Shown here piece after piece: positions 38,169-49,727 of a stretch of 64,000 bases of DNA (the stretch's first letter is position 1; each line of letters begins with the position of its first letter). A program made the translations under genes and the position numbers. The DNA is from Octopus sinensis (taxonomy: Eukaryota): positions 24,924,001 to 24,988,000 of the forward strand of contig NC_043016.1 in the NCBI RefSeq assembly GCF_006345805.1, read 5' to 3'. The notes beneath the pieces are model-generated. The model searched no databases. It was not told the origin of the DNA and was given only the letters and a program-made list of their open reading frames with translations.

Positions 38169-38652
38169 AATTCAGTTTTATTTCAAGATTTCTAACCAAT
38201 AAAGAAAGAATCTTAATCTAAGGCACCTTCATTGGAATTTCCAATGGGTATTTTTGTATACGTTTGTTGTATATGTATATTTGTATACTTGCAGATTTGT
38301 ATGTTTTGTTTTATGTATATCTTTTCAGGCATATAGTTGCATATCTAGATAGGCTCATACATACTTAAATGATAAACTTCTGGAAAGTTTTACAAACTTT
38401 TACAGTTCAAGCGATGGATTGGATCTGTAATCTTCAAACAGCTTTCTCCTTTCTGGTTTTGAGAAGCCTAATTTCTCCTGATTGGTATTTAGGCATTGTG
38501 TTACACATCCCAGTGCCCCAATAATTACAGGTACAAACCTGAACTTGTAATCTGGATAGAGTAACTACAGATTTCTCAATAGTTCAGTGTAGGCGTTCTC
38601 TTTTTCACTGATCTTCAGCTTTATGTTAACATCCACTGGGCAGCTAATTTCC
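38165..38652 (-). mobile_element. 3' end of an R4/NeSL-like LINE with restriction-like endonuclease
   Basis: Minus strand VVEISCPVDVNIKLKISEKENAYTELLRNL*LLYPDYKFRFVPVIIGALG...TVKVCKTFQKFII*, then the 3' UTR; a second UTR copy at 38768-38860. Confidence 0.8.
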
Positions 38653-38723
38653 ACAACTATACACAGTTTCTCTTCTCTATCCCAAATCATTATATCAGGC
38701 CTGTTGTCCTTAGACTATGTATG

Positions 38724-38757
<34 letters not shown>

Positions 38758-39926
38758 TGTATGTATGTCATTATTCAGTTTTATTTCAAGATATCTTACC
38801 AATAGAGAAAGAGGTGGTTCCTAACCTAGATCCAAGATTCCTTCATTAGAATTTCAACAATATGCACTGGGTGTCTTAAAGCATGGGCACATTGGACAGG
38901 GACCCAATCCTGACCTATATATGTCATAGCTTGCTATCAATAAATATTATGGACCCCATGCACTGATTTACCCAGGGACCTATAAAGTTGCTAAAATGGC
39001 CCTGTGTGTATATATACATATGTTTGTATGTATGCATTTGTCCATGTGTATTTCTATATATATTCACTGCATATATGTGTGTGTGTATGTGTGTGTGTGT
39101 GTGTACATATACATATACACCATACACATACACACTATATGCATGTACAACCCTGCCTCTTGCTCAATTTTCTCCTCAAGAATCTTCATTGCCCTTTCTC
39201 TCTTCATCACTGTCCCCTCTATCGCCTGCTTAACTGCAGTATTTTGCTGTTGTAATTAAGTGAAAGCAGAATTGCATGCTTAATTTTTTTTTCCTCTGAA
39301 ACATTTCAATTATTATCCGTTTTTCAGTCTTAATGTTGTCCCTCTCCACTTACACTTTACATTGATCATCTTTCTGTGCAACCAAACAACAGGAATCTCT
39401 TACTTTATTAAAGAATGTGGTCCTGAAAATCTGGCCATAACACAAAATTCCCTAAGGCGAAATTAATTGTCCTCTTGATTTTCATACTATCAAGTGAGAT
39501 TGCATTCCTACAGACTTTTTCAAAAACAAAAACAAAAACAAAAAAAGGATTCACAAAAAAACAACACAGAACAAGCAACATGGTCGTCTTCATACATGAC
39601 AATAACTATTGCTAAATATACATAGAACAATACAAATACATAAAAACACAAAAAACATTTTAAGAGGGGTATGTTATGGAATCACGAGATGTTAACTACT
39701 GCGTGAGTGATGGTGATGGAATGAGCTTTATAGGGAAGGTGAGAGATAATATTCATTATCTTATAGTTCATTATCATGCACATTAACTTGAGGGGTGAAG
39801 AACTTTTCCAAAGTTGTTTAATGTTAATGACATTGAAAACTTCTCTTTTAATTTTTATGTTACATTCATGATTAGGATCATTATCAGCAAAAACTTTCAA
39901 ACTTTCCTTCTATAAGTGTCAATCCT

Positions 39927-41590
39927 TTAAGCAATAATTTTTGTAGCCATTTTAAGTGGAATAGGTGGAACTTCTGTTGTTTCATCTATATTCTTACCTT
40001 GTTCTTTTTCCAGCATCAGCTCCTCAGTAGATAAACTTTCTTTCCGGGACACCAGCAGCTCAATCACACCATCTATGACTTCTTCAAATCCTGCATTCTT
40101 TGCAAGAGCCACAATATCCTTCAGAATTTGATATAGACTTTCTATTTGAGGAAAACTTGTAACATTATGGATACAGTCTGGCCATATACTTTTCCAAGCA
40201 CTATTCAAAGTCGAAGGTTTCACTTTATCCCATGTCTCAACTATTGGGTTGGCAACTAAGTTCTCACTGTTTTTTTAAAGTTTGGAATCTATTTTTTTCG
40301 AGAATTCTATTTTTAAATCATTTTGGAATCTGTTTTGCTTTTTTTTTTTCAAGTTAATTTTAGTTAATTTTTGTTTATTTTCAGATCATTAAAATGGAAT
40401 GTCAAGTTAAGAAAAACAAGCATTTTCGACACCTCCTTCTTTTTGCTGTTAATCAAGGTTCTAAGGCTGCAAAAGCTGCTCGCAACATTTGTGCTGTGTA
40501 TGGAGAGGGTGCCATAGCTGAAAGAACCACTCATGATTGGTATGCCAAGTTCAAAAATAGAATTTTTGACCTCAAAGATGCACCTCGTTCTGGCCATCCA
40601 GTTGAGTTCGATGAAGAGCGATTAAACCAACTTTTGTACAAAAATTCTTGTCAAATGACAAGGGAAATGGCAGAGAAAATGGAATGCTCCCACACTGCTA
40701 TAGAGAAGCATCTTCACTTGATGGGAAAGGTTCAAAAGTATGGAGCATGGGTTCCACATACTTTAAGTGACAGCAACAAAAATGAACGAGCCACAATCTC
40801 TGCTGGTTTGCTTGCTCATCACCACTCAACTCATGGACACAAGCAATGATTTCTTTACTGAATCATTACTGGCAATGAAAAATGGTGCCTGTACACCAAC
40901 ATGAAGCAGCGTAAGGAATGACTTAGCCCCAGTAAACAAGCAACACTGCGTGTGAAACAAGATCTTCATCCACATAAAAGGATGTTGTGTGTATGGTGGG
41001 ACTGGGAAGGGATTATCCATTACGAATTGCTTGAATGGAACCAAATGGTCAACGTGGAACTCTATGTTCAACAGATGTAACGACTCAACATGTCAATTCA
41101 AGAGGGAGTTCTTCTGCTGCACAACAACGCCTACCCTCATATCGCCAATATGACCAAGGAAGCAATTCAAATGCATGGCTGGGAAGTGCTGCCACACCTG
41201 CCGTACTCTTCTGATTTGGCACCAACGGATTTCCACCTCTTTCAATCTCTTTCAAATACTATGCACAGAGTTTCGTTCAATACTGATGCAGAACTGAGAG
41301 CTTCGTTGGATCAATTTTTCGAGTCAAAATCAGGTGATTTCTACCAACAAGGTATTGAAAATTTTGTTGAACGTTGGGAAGAAGTTGTAAACAACAAGGG
41401 TGAATACATTATTGATTAATTAGTTGTTATTTTTTATTAAACCTTATAAAAAATTTAAATTTAAAAAACGGGTGGAACTTAGTTGACAACCTAATATATC
41501 ATTCACAGCATCTATTATGTTGAATTTCTTCCTGAAGTTTTTAACTGTAGGTTTATCCTACATTGATACTTCATTTTCAATTAACATTTG
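39927..41590 (-). pseudogene. Tigger/pogo-type DDE transposase fossil split by the mariner
   Basis: Removing 40244-41494 and one TA restores TVKNFRKKFNIIDAVNDIVETWDKVKPSTLNSAWKSIWP..LAKNAGFEEV. Confidence 0.8.
40244..41494 (+). mobile_element. Full-length mariner element (1251 bp, DD34D type), inactivated
   Basis: TIRs TTGGGTTGGCAACTAAGTT / AACTTAGTTGACAACCTAA with TA TSD; transposase 40394-41419 with WVPHTL, TGNEKW, HNNAYPH, YSSDLAPTDFHLF; internal stops. Confidence 0.95.
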
Positions 41591-41819
41591 TGGTGAGCTA
41601 ACTTGGAATTCCAAGCGATAAATATAACCTTCATTTAAGTAAGGTAATCTTGGCCTGATGATTAGCTAAGTTGAGCACCCCTTGTTGAGTAACTGTTATA
41701 TCAGAGGATTAGCCAGCTAAGAAAAAATGCATGCTGTATTTTACTCATTCCAATCCCTCCATTTAGATAGATAGATAGATAGATACATACATACATACAT
41801 ACATACATACATACATACA

Positions 41820-41850
<31 letters not shown>

Positions 41851-41861
41851 GATTTTCAATA

Positions 41862-42050
41862 TGTGACCATGTGTGTATCATTGGCGATTTTCTTTCTCCA
41901 TCTTCCCTTCTTTGGACTTTTTCTATGTTTCTGACAAAGAGCTCCGCTCGAAACATAAAATCCTCTTTCTTTTCTTTCCTTTTGTGAGTGTCCAATAACA
42001 CTGTACTTATTCCATGTCCTTGCGTTTATGTTTTTTTCTTGCTTGTTCAT
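41862..42050 (+). repeat. Family B repeat with minimal hammerhead-like motif at 41926-41961
   Basis: GTTT / CTGACAA / A / GAGC-TCC-GCTC / GAAA / CA-TA / AAAT. Confidence 0.65.
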
Positions 42051-42064
42051 GTTTGGATTGACTG

Positions 42065-42450
42065 TGTATGTCATCCTTTAGTGTCTATTTTCCATGCTGG
42101 CATGGGTTAGACAATTCAACTTAAACTGGTAAGCTGGAGTGCTGCACCAGGCTCCAGTCTAGTTTGGCTTGGTTTCTACAGCTGGATGCCCTTCTTAATG
42201 CTAACCACTCCAAGAATGTAGTGGGTGCCTTTTACATGTCATTGGCATGGGTACCTTTTACATATCACTGGCTCTGGCCATGACTATGATTTCAATTGGC
42301 TTGACATGTCTTTTCAAGCACAGCAAATCATCAAAGATTACAATCTCTTGTCATCACTTCCATGAGACTCAACATTCAAAGATCATGCTTCGCCACCTTG
42401 TCCCATGTCTTCCTGGGTCTACCTCTTTCACAGGTTCCCTCCACAATTAG
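42065..42450 (-). mobile_element. RTE 3' end fragment
   Basis: Reverse complement of the RTE end (gtagacccaggaagacatggg...agcatgatcttt) and 3' UTR. Confidence 0.75.
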
Positions 42451-42585
42451 TGTGTATATATTATATATGTTCTGTTTATAGAGTAAAACAGAAACAGACA
42501 AGCAAACAATTTGGTAAAACTTAACAAGGACATTTAATATAGCTATATAATATTATAACATAATGAAAAGGTGTATATAATCTCT

Positions 42586-42996
42586 CTTTTACTTGTTTCA
42601 GTCATTTGACTGTCGCCATGCTGGAGCACCGCCTTTAGTCCAGCAAATCGACCCAAGGACTTATTTTTTGTAAGCCTAGTACTTGTTCTATTGGTCTCTT
42701 TTGCCAAGCCACTAAGTTACGGGGATGTAAACACACCAGCATCGGTTGTCAAGCAATGTTGGGAGGACAAACACAGACACACAAACACATACACACATAC
42801 ATGTGACCGCGTGTGTACCGTTGGCGATTTTTTTTCCTCTATCTTCCCTTCTCTGGATCTTTCCTTCTCCTATGTTTCCAATGAAGAGCTCCGCTCGAAA
42901 CGTTAAACCCTTCTTCTTTCCTGAGCGTCCAATAATACTATATTTGTTCCACGTCCTCACGTGTTGTATTTTTTTTGTGCTTTCTTGTTTGGATTA

Positions 42997-43044
<48 letters not shown>

Positions 43045-43210
43045 TACGACGGGCTTCTTTCAGTTTCCGTCTACCAAATCCACTCACAAGGCTATGGTCA
43101 GTCTGAGGCTATAGTAGAAGACACTTCCCCAAGGTGCCACACAGTGGGACTGAACCCGGGACCATGTGGTTCGTAAGCAAGCTACTTACCACACAGTCAC
43201 TCCTACACCA
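42586..43210 (-). mobile_element. SINE family a with 28-bp TSD, containing a family B repeat (42795-42995; ribozyme-like motif at 42874-42908)
   Basis: TSD acataatgaaaaggtgtatataatctct (42558-42585) / acataataaaatgttgtatataatctct (43211-43238). Confidence 0.85.
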
Positions 43211-43459
43211 ACATAATAAAATGTTGTATATAATCTCTAACAGCTGTTTCTAGAATATCCCAGCTATTGGAAGTTTGTGCCACGTGAGGATTCCATATGT
43301 CATTGGAGAAGGAGAGGATAAAGAGATGTAACAATGAAGGGACATTATACAACAATTGTACTAATATCATTATAGTTCATTTTGTCTAAAAGAGGAGCAA
43401 TCCTTTTGAAATATGTATTCATGAGGTAAATCCAAGAACAAATGAAATGAGCTGGTGAT

Positions 43460-43550
43460 ATCCTTCCGATGACGGAATACTCAGCATATGGAATCCTTGC
43501 TTGGCAAAAGTTCCAATAGCTGGGATATTCTAGAAACAGCTGTTAGAGAT
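43460..43550 (+). ncRNA. Hammerhead-like motif with U4C core and long stem II
   Basis: CCGATGA / C-GGAATA-CTCAGC...GCTGGG-A-TATTCT-A / GAAA / CAGCTG-TT / AGAGAT; stem I degenerate. Confidence 0.55.
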
Positions 43551-44299
43551 TATATACACCTTTCCATTATGTTGTAATATTATATAACTAAATATCCTTG
43601 TCAAGTCTTACTAAATTGTTTGCCTCTTCGTTTCTGCTTTAATCTATACACATCCACTCAAAGAGAAACCATTTCTAGCCACTTTAGAAAGGCAGTCGTG
43701 AAAACACATATTCAACTACAGTTTATACCGGAATTTTAGTGGCATATCAAATTGAGCTCTCAGAGTACACACCTATTAGTTTGAGTCACCCTGACAAAAA
43801 TACTTTATATTTGTATGTATGCATGAATAAGTAGATACATACACACATTTGTCATAAAGACATACACACATATATATGATACATCAATACACCCAAAGTC
43901 TGCATTGATATATGTGTACAGAGTACATAGATATTTATACACACATACATACACAAAATACATAGATTTAAATTCTCGTCTTTGGTTGTGATATTGTTGC
44001 TTTGGTCTTCATGTCAGTGTGAACAGGTGTGTCCCAGACTGTTGTAGTTAGGTCATTACAATATACTCTGTTTTGTACAAGCTTTTAACACTTTCTCTCA
44101 TTTTTTCCCATTAAATTACCCAACAGACATAGCTGCATAGCCAGTTATGCCTGCATATTATAGGTATATATATACACACACAAACACACATTATGTCTAT
44201 GCAAGACTGCACAGCCAATTATTTCTTTGTGATAATTACATAATCTGCTGACTGTGTAATAGTCTCAATATTTTATTTTTGCAGCTTTTGTGTGTGTGT

Positions 44300-44720
44300 A
44301 TAACAAGGTATTATTCCTGCTTAGCTGAAATCAGGTCTTCCGTTTCTGCTTTTAGTCCAGAGTTTTTGAGCCATTGTTGGCTCTCATGCCAAGTTACTTC
44401 CACTCTGTCAAGTCTTGCAGGATATTGGCCATAGAGTGTTTTTTCTCTTTAGTATATATCTTCTTTATTATATTTTGTAGTTCCATTTTTGATTTCATCT
44501 TTCTGTTGTGTTTTGTGTTCATCTAAATACATTATTACTTTAATGTACTAAGTATCTATTTTAAACTTTATCATTTCCTTTTATATAGAGAAAAGGTTTT
44601 ATTTTTGTTACTGTGTTTTGTTTGTTATGAAGCTATTCAGTTTCCATTTGCTTTTTTCTATTTTTTCTAGACATAGTGTAACTTCATTGTAAAAACTCTC
44701 TACTTGTATAAACCTCATCT
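44300..44720 (-). mobile_element. Very old LINE RT C-terminal remnant
   Basis: Weak resemblance to an RTE-like C-terminus; many stops. Confidence 0.3.
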
Positions 44721-45304
44721 TCCTTATATGTTGGACAGATATTTCCTGTCTATTTCAGCTTTAAAACAGTGATTTTGGAATGCTGTGCATAGCTTTCTTT
44801 TTAGAAAAAATTTTTAGGCTCTTCAATTCTGTTTTTTTTAATGGTGTGGTTTGAGGTAATTTGGCTACTATTTATACTTGGTCAAGAAACCAAGTAGTGG
44901 CTACTTTATGACTCATAATTACAGTAATAGAGTAAGAAAGTATGTATACAGTGATAATGTTGGTGCATAAAAGACTTGCTCCACAAAGTCAGTGTGTGAC
45001 AGCAGTTGCACTACATGAGTAGATCAGATGTGGGTTCAAATTTGGTGTTGGATCACAGTTTGTGGTTTTAGCAAGGTTAGTTTATAAAATCTGTGTGAGT
45101 GGGGGTGGGAGGCAGTCAAGTGGCTGGAAGATATGATGTTCCTGCTTTTCCAAAGTTCTATGAAAATGGGGTCCAGACATACCCCACCTTGGACAAATCA
45201 CTCCTCTGGACTATGTGGGAGGATTTCAGAATAGCATAGGATACAGCATCAGGTTGTAGTAAAAAGAACTTTAAATGAACCTCAACACTTAATGAGGTTT
45301 TCAG

Positions 45305-45492
45305 TATTGTTTAAGGAGAAGCTGATTACATTGACTCCAGTGCTCAACTGAAATTTATTTTCTCAACCCCTGAAAGGGTGAAAGGCAAAGTCAACCTTGG
45401 CGGAATTTGAACCCAGAACATAAAGATAAATGAAATGCCACTAAGCATTTTGTCTGATGCAGTAATGATTCTGACAGCATGATACCTTAATA
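45305..45492 (-). mobile_element. SINE family b fragment beside (TAA)n
   Basis: aaggcaaagtcaaccttggcggaatttgaacccagaac. Confidence 0.8.
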
Positions 45493-46394
45493 ATAATAAT
45501 AATAATAATAGAGCTTCTCTGCCCTAGGTATACGGAAAATACTCAGCGAGAAATGGAAGAAAATTTTAAGAAAGAAGGAAAAAAAATAATAATTAGGGAC
45601 AGCAAGGATTTTGGTATTGGTACTTGGGTGTTAAGTATCTTCCACAGAACTTAACATCTATGTACCAGTCTTATAAGTCATGGGAAGAGACCCTTTTGAG
45701 ACCTTTGACAATAGGTTGCTGTCTGCTCTCACAGAATTAACTGGAGCAAGTGTAACAAGCATGTTTACACTTTACCTTTAGGTCTCCACATTTTGGCTTT
45801 TTACCTTTAGGTACCCACATTTTGGTTCATTGCATCATGGTCAAATCCATCTAGTTTTATGCAGGCTGTCCACCCCTTTACATAACAGACCAGTCAAGTG
45901 TACCAATATCAGCTATAAATGGGAAATTTTTCCCACTAATTCCTCAGTGTGGTGAGTTGTCATGAGTGAATTCGGATCATTAGCATGAGAGCAGTTTTAT
46001 TCTGCTTTGCAACTTCAGTGAGGAGAGAATCATCAGGAGAATTTCTTGTCATCATGCTTTATGTTTTTCCCACACACCTCAACATAAACAAGAATCACAG
46101 TTAACCTATGTATTTTAGTTAACAGAATTGTACATGTTTACCAGTTGCTGGTGAAATAAATGGCGGAATAGATGTGACAGACACCTTTAACTTGTCTTCA
46201 TATTTCTCAATGTTCTTTATCATGACTTTTATCAAACCAGAAGATTATGATATTACCAGGGCCTTAGCTACATTTCACCTTTACCACCAAGTTAAACAAG
46301 TAAAATCAAGAGCTTTGAGAAGTAAATATAACAGTAGTATTTTCAGAGTTATGCATGAGGGTAGTAATTTTGAGGGAAGGAGATTAGAGAATTT

Positions 46395-46535
46395 GACTGG
46401 TACTTTGTTCTATTGACCCCGGGAGGAATGAAAAGCAAAGTTGACCTAGGTGGAATTTGAACTGAGAATGTTAAGAGCTGGAAGAAATCTGGCAAAGCAT
46501 TTTTTTCTCACTGCCTTGACAATTCTTCCAATTCA
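46395..46535 (-). mobile_element. SINE family b fragment beside (TAA)n
   Basis: gcaaagttgacctaggtggaatttgaactgagaatg. Confidence 0.75.
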
Positions 46536-46536
46536 C

Positions 46537-46621
<85 letters not shown>

Positions 46622-46624
<3 letters not shown>

Positions 46625-47681
46625 AGCACTCAGAGAGTGCAAACTTCCGCCAAGGTAACATCAATGTCCTCTCAACAATTAGCTGGAGATGATTATTAAA
46701 ATGAGAATATCTGAAATAAAATCAACTGTTCTTACAAATGAGAATACTAAAAATGAACCTGACCACTCTCAAAAATTGAAATTTAAAAAACAGAAAAATA
46801 ATCCAGAATCCTTGTCTGGTACCTAATCGATCCCAATGGTAGACATAAAATGTGAAGGTGAGTGTGCGAGCCATGTTTGTAATGCTGTGTATGTATTGTC
46901 TACATTGGGAACAGGGACAGTTCTCTCTATGAAGGCCTTTTTTAGTCTATCCACTGATATAGTGTTTTTGTGACCATTAAGGTCTATAGTGAAAAATTTA
47001 TCCATGCGTGAAACAAAACAGAAAGGACTTGCATGCAGTGCTATTAACAGAGGTTTAACAACACTGTTGCACACAAAAACGTGAGTCCAAGAAATAAAGC
47101 TTCCTTCAAGACAGAGCTAGAAATGCAATAGTCAAGTAGGTAAGAGGTTTTTAACAGGAGCGATATATTAAAAATTAGCAAAAGTAAAAATTGTCAAGGA
47201 TAAATTAAATTTATTATTGTTACTGAATATGTTAGTGTTGTTTAATTTCTGAACGGTTTTGCTGCCATTTGTTTATGTAGTTTGATCTCTTTATCCATCA
47301 GTTTCTATTAAGATAGAGAGGCAGGTAAAATTAATAATAGAGAAACGAAAATAAAACCTTGGAAACAGCAACACCACCATAACTTAAGTGGAAACTATGA
47401 GCATGCTTTCAAGGGAGATAATCAGAGAAAGACTTGAAAGTGAATGTAAGATTGTAATACTTCATGTAAAGTAAAGTAAATATAACAAATAATCCAGAAT
47501 CCTTGCCTGGTACTGTATCGATCCCAAAATCTAATCAGTTTATGCCAGTCACGAGGCCAAACATCCATGAAAGTTTCATCTGAATCCATCCAGTGGTTCT
47601 TGAGACATCTTGTCCATAGGAAAACACACAAACAAACATGACTGAAAACAATACCCGTCTTCGCTAAGGCAGAGGTAATAA
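46622..47681 (-). mobile_element. Helentron-type non-autonomous element (HINE/DINE-1-like) carrying a 650-bp insert
   Basis: Minus-strand 5' TT plus subTIR hairpin near 47655-47681; 3' subTIR followed by stem-loop GCACTC-TCT-GAGTGC (46626-46640); related copy at 50306-51620. Confidence 0.75.
46840..47130 (-). pseudogene. Gypsy LTR-retrotransposon integrase C-terminal fragment
   Basis: WTHVFV..VVKPLL....PF..VSRMDKFFTIDLNGHKNTISVDRLKKAF (ORF 46823-47074), GPY/F-like region. Confidence 0.75.
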
Positions 47682-48162
47682 CAATTATAAATGCCCAGAT
47701 GCAATACCAGGCAGTGAATCTGATTGGAAGTGTTATCATGTACATTGTTTTGTCTTGGTATAAAAGATTGGCTACAGCAAATATTCTGCTCAGTACCACA
47801 GATTTGCTCATCAGTTGTTTGACTGTAACTAGTTGAGTAGGTCCTTTGGTGGCTGACAATATGTGCATCTCTGATCATGAGCAGAACATGTGTTGAGAAG
47901 GATTCTTTGGGGTTTGAATAATTCACCTCTGGAAACATGGGTGCTTCGTTCAACATTCTTAAACAAACTTTTGAGTGGGATGGGCCCCACCTGCAAGAAT
48001 ATGCGCTGTTTAACTTGATATGAGATCACCATGTCATGCACATATGGTTTGTGAAGCATGTGCCTGGCTTACTGTTATCAGATAGGTAGTCATGATGGGT
48101 ATACTGGGCTTCATATATTTTACCCCAGTGTCACTTTGTTGGCATTCACTGCTCTCTGACAC

Positions 48163-48208
<46 letters not shown>

Positions 48209-48565
48209 CCACAGGCCAAGGCATCTAGGAAGATATATCAATATCCTACAGTAGATGTTTCTAATTTTTATGCTGTGACAGAAGGTTACCATTAATTTCT
48301 GAGATTCTCAGAAAATTCTAGGATACTTGGAAAACTTCCATGCTTCCTGCCTTTGTGCAAAATTTCCACTTCATACATCTTATCTTTCTTGCTTTTGATA
48401 CAAACTTATCTGGTTCTATGATATAAACTTACTATTTTCAAGTGATCTAAATTAAAACCTTCCATCAAAATTTCATATTTATGTTGCAAACACCATTTTA
48501 ATAATGCTATTTTAAAAGTTTGTGATTATTTTAAGAAATATTTTAACAAGACAACAAATGTCAAC

Positions 48566-48970
48566 AGGCATAGGAGTGGCTGTGTGGTAAGTAGCTTGCT
48601 TACCAACCACATGGTTCTGATTTCAGTCCCACTGCGTGGCACCTTGGGCAAGTGTCTTCTACTATAGCCTCGGGCCGACCAAAGCCTTGTGAGTGGATTT
48701 GGTAGACGGAAATTGAAAGAAGCTCATCATATATATGTATGTGTGTGTGTGTGTATATGTATTTGTGTGTATATGTTTGTGTGTCTGTATTTGTGCCCCC
48801 AACATCGCTTGACAACAGATGCTGGTGTGTTTACGTCCCCCGTAACTTAACAGTTCAGCAAAAGAGACCGATAGAATAAGTACTAGGCTTACGAAGAATA
48901 AGTCCTGGGTTGCTCCAGCATGGCCATATTCAAATGACTGAAACAAGTAAAAGAGTAAAGAGTAAAGAGA
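48566..48970 (+). mobile_element. SINE family a
   Basis: Full-length match to the family. Confidence 0.9.
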
Positions 48971-49011
48971 GAGGTACACACTAACAAAAAGATGGAAATA
49001 ATTTTAATATA

Positions 49012-49398
49012 ATGCATGGCCATATTTTTGCCAATTAAACACATGCACTATATGTTCAATCTTCACTTCAGCTTTATTATAATTTCTTTGTCAAAGCTCT
49101 TTTGTCACATATCCTGTGACCTCTTCAGTGACTCTTTATCCCTAGTGTCTCCTTTTGTTCTGCTCAGTCCATTTAGAAAATGTCTCCCTTTGTTCTGTCA
49201 AGTCCATTTTCTAAATGCACTGAGAAGAATAAGAGAAGACATTGGATAAAGAATTGCTAAATAGGTCACAGGATGAGTGATGTGAAGAGATTTGATAAAG
49301 AAGCTAAAATAATAATAATAATAATAATAAAGCTGAAGTTAAGACCAAATATATTGTGCATGTGTTTAACTGACAAAATATGACCATCCCCAAATATA
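49012..49398. mobile_element. Fold-back MITE related to 33813-34146
   Basis: Arms share AAACACATGCAC / GTGCATGTGTTT and ATGGTCAT-like ends; inner ATTTAGAAAATG / CATTTTCTAAAT. Confidence 0.8.
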
Positions 49399-49404
49399 GA
49401 AAGA

Positions 49405-49727
49405 AAGACACCTTTTGGTCATGACTGACTATGGGATTGCACCTAGAAAGTTCTCCTTCGAGGCACAAGTTCAGGCAAGGTTGTAAATGGAAGACCAGCA
49501 GTCATCTGTGCATACCAGCCTCCCATCCCCATGTTACTGATGTTATCTAAGGAAAAAGAAAGGCCGATACAGCTTGGTACCAGTGGTGTCACAACTCATT
49601 TCTACAGCTGAGTGAACTGGAGCAATGTGAAATAAAGTGTCTTGCTTAGGAACACAAGACACAGCCTGGTCTTGGAATCAAACTCAGTACCTCATAATTG
49701 TGAGCCAGACACTAGCCACTGAGCCAA
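49405..49727 (-). mobile_element. SINE-like repeat family d
   Basis: 49415-49600 is repeated at 52803-52990; tRNA-like head on the minus strand near 49727. Confidence 0.6.

Larger units (their letters stand above)
42476..43650. mobile_element. Fold-back element with ribozyme motif; left arm interrupted by a SINE
   Basis: 42476-42585 plus 43226-43299 are inverted relative to 43485-43645. Confidence 0.7.

Noticed and set aside
37030-38199. Poly-Leu/Tyr/Ile and His-Thr ORFs
   Set aside because: These are translations of (TAA)n/(CAA)n/(TG)n microsatellites; the same applies to all YIYI/HTHT/CVCV ORFs.
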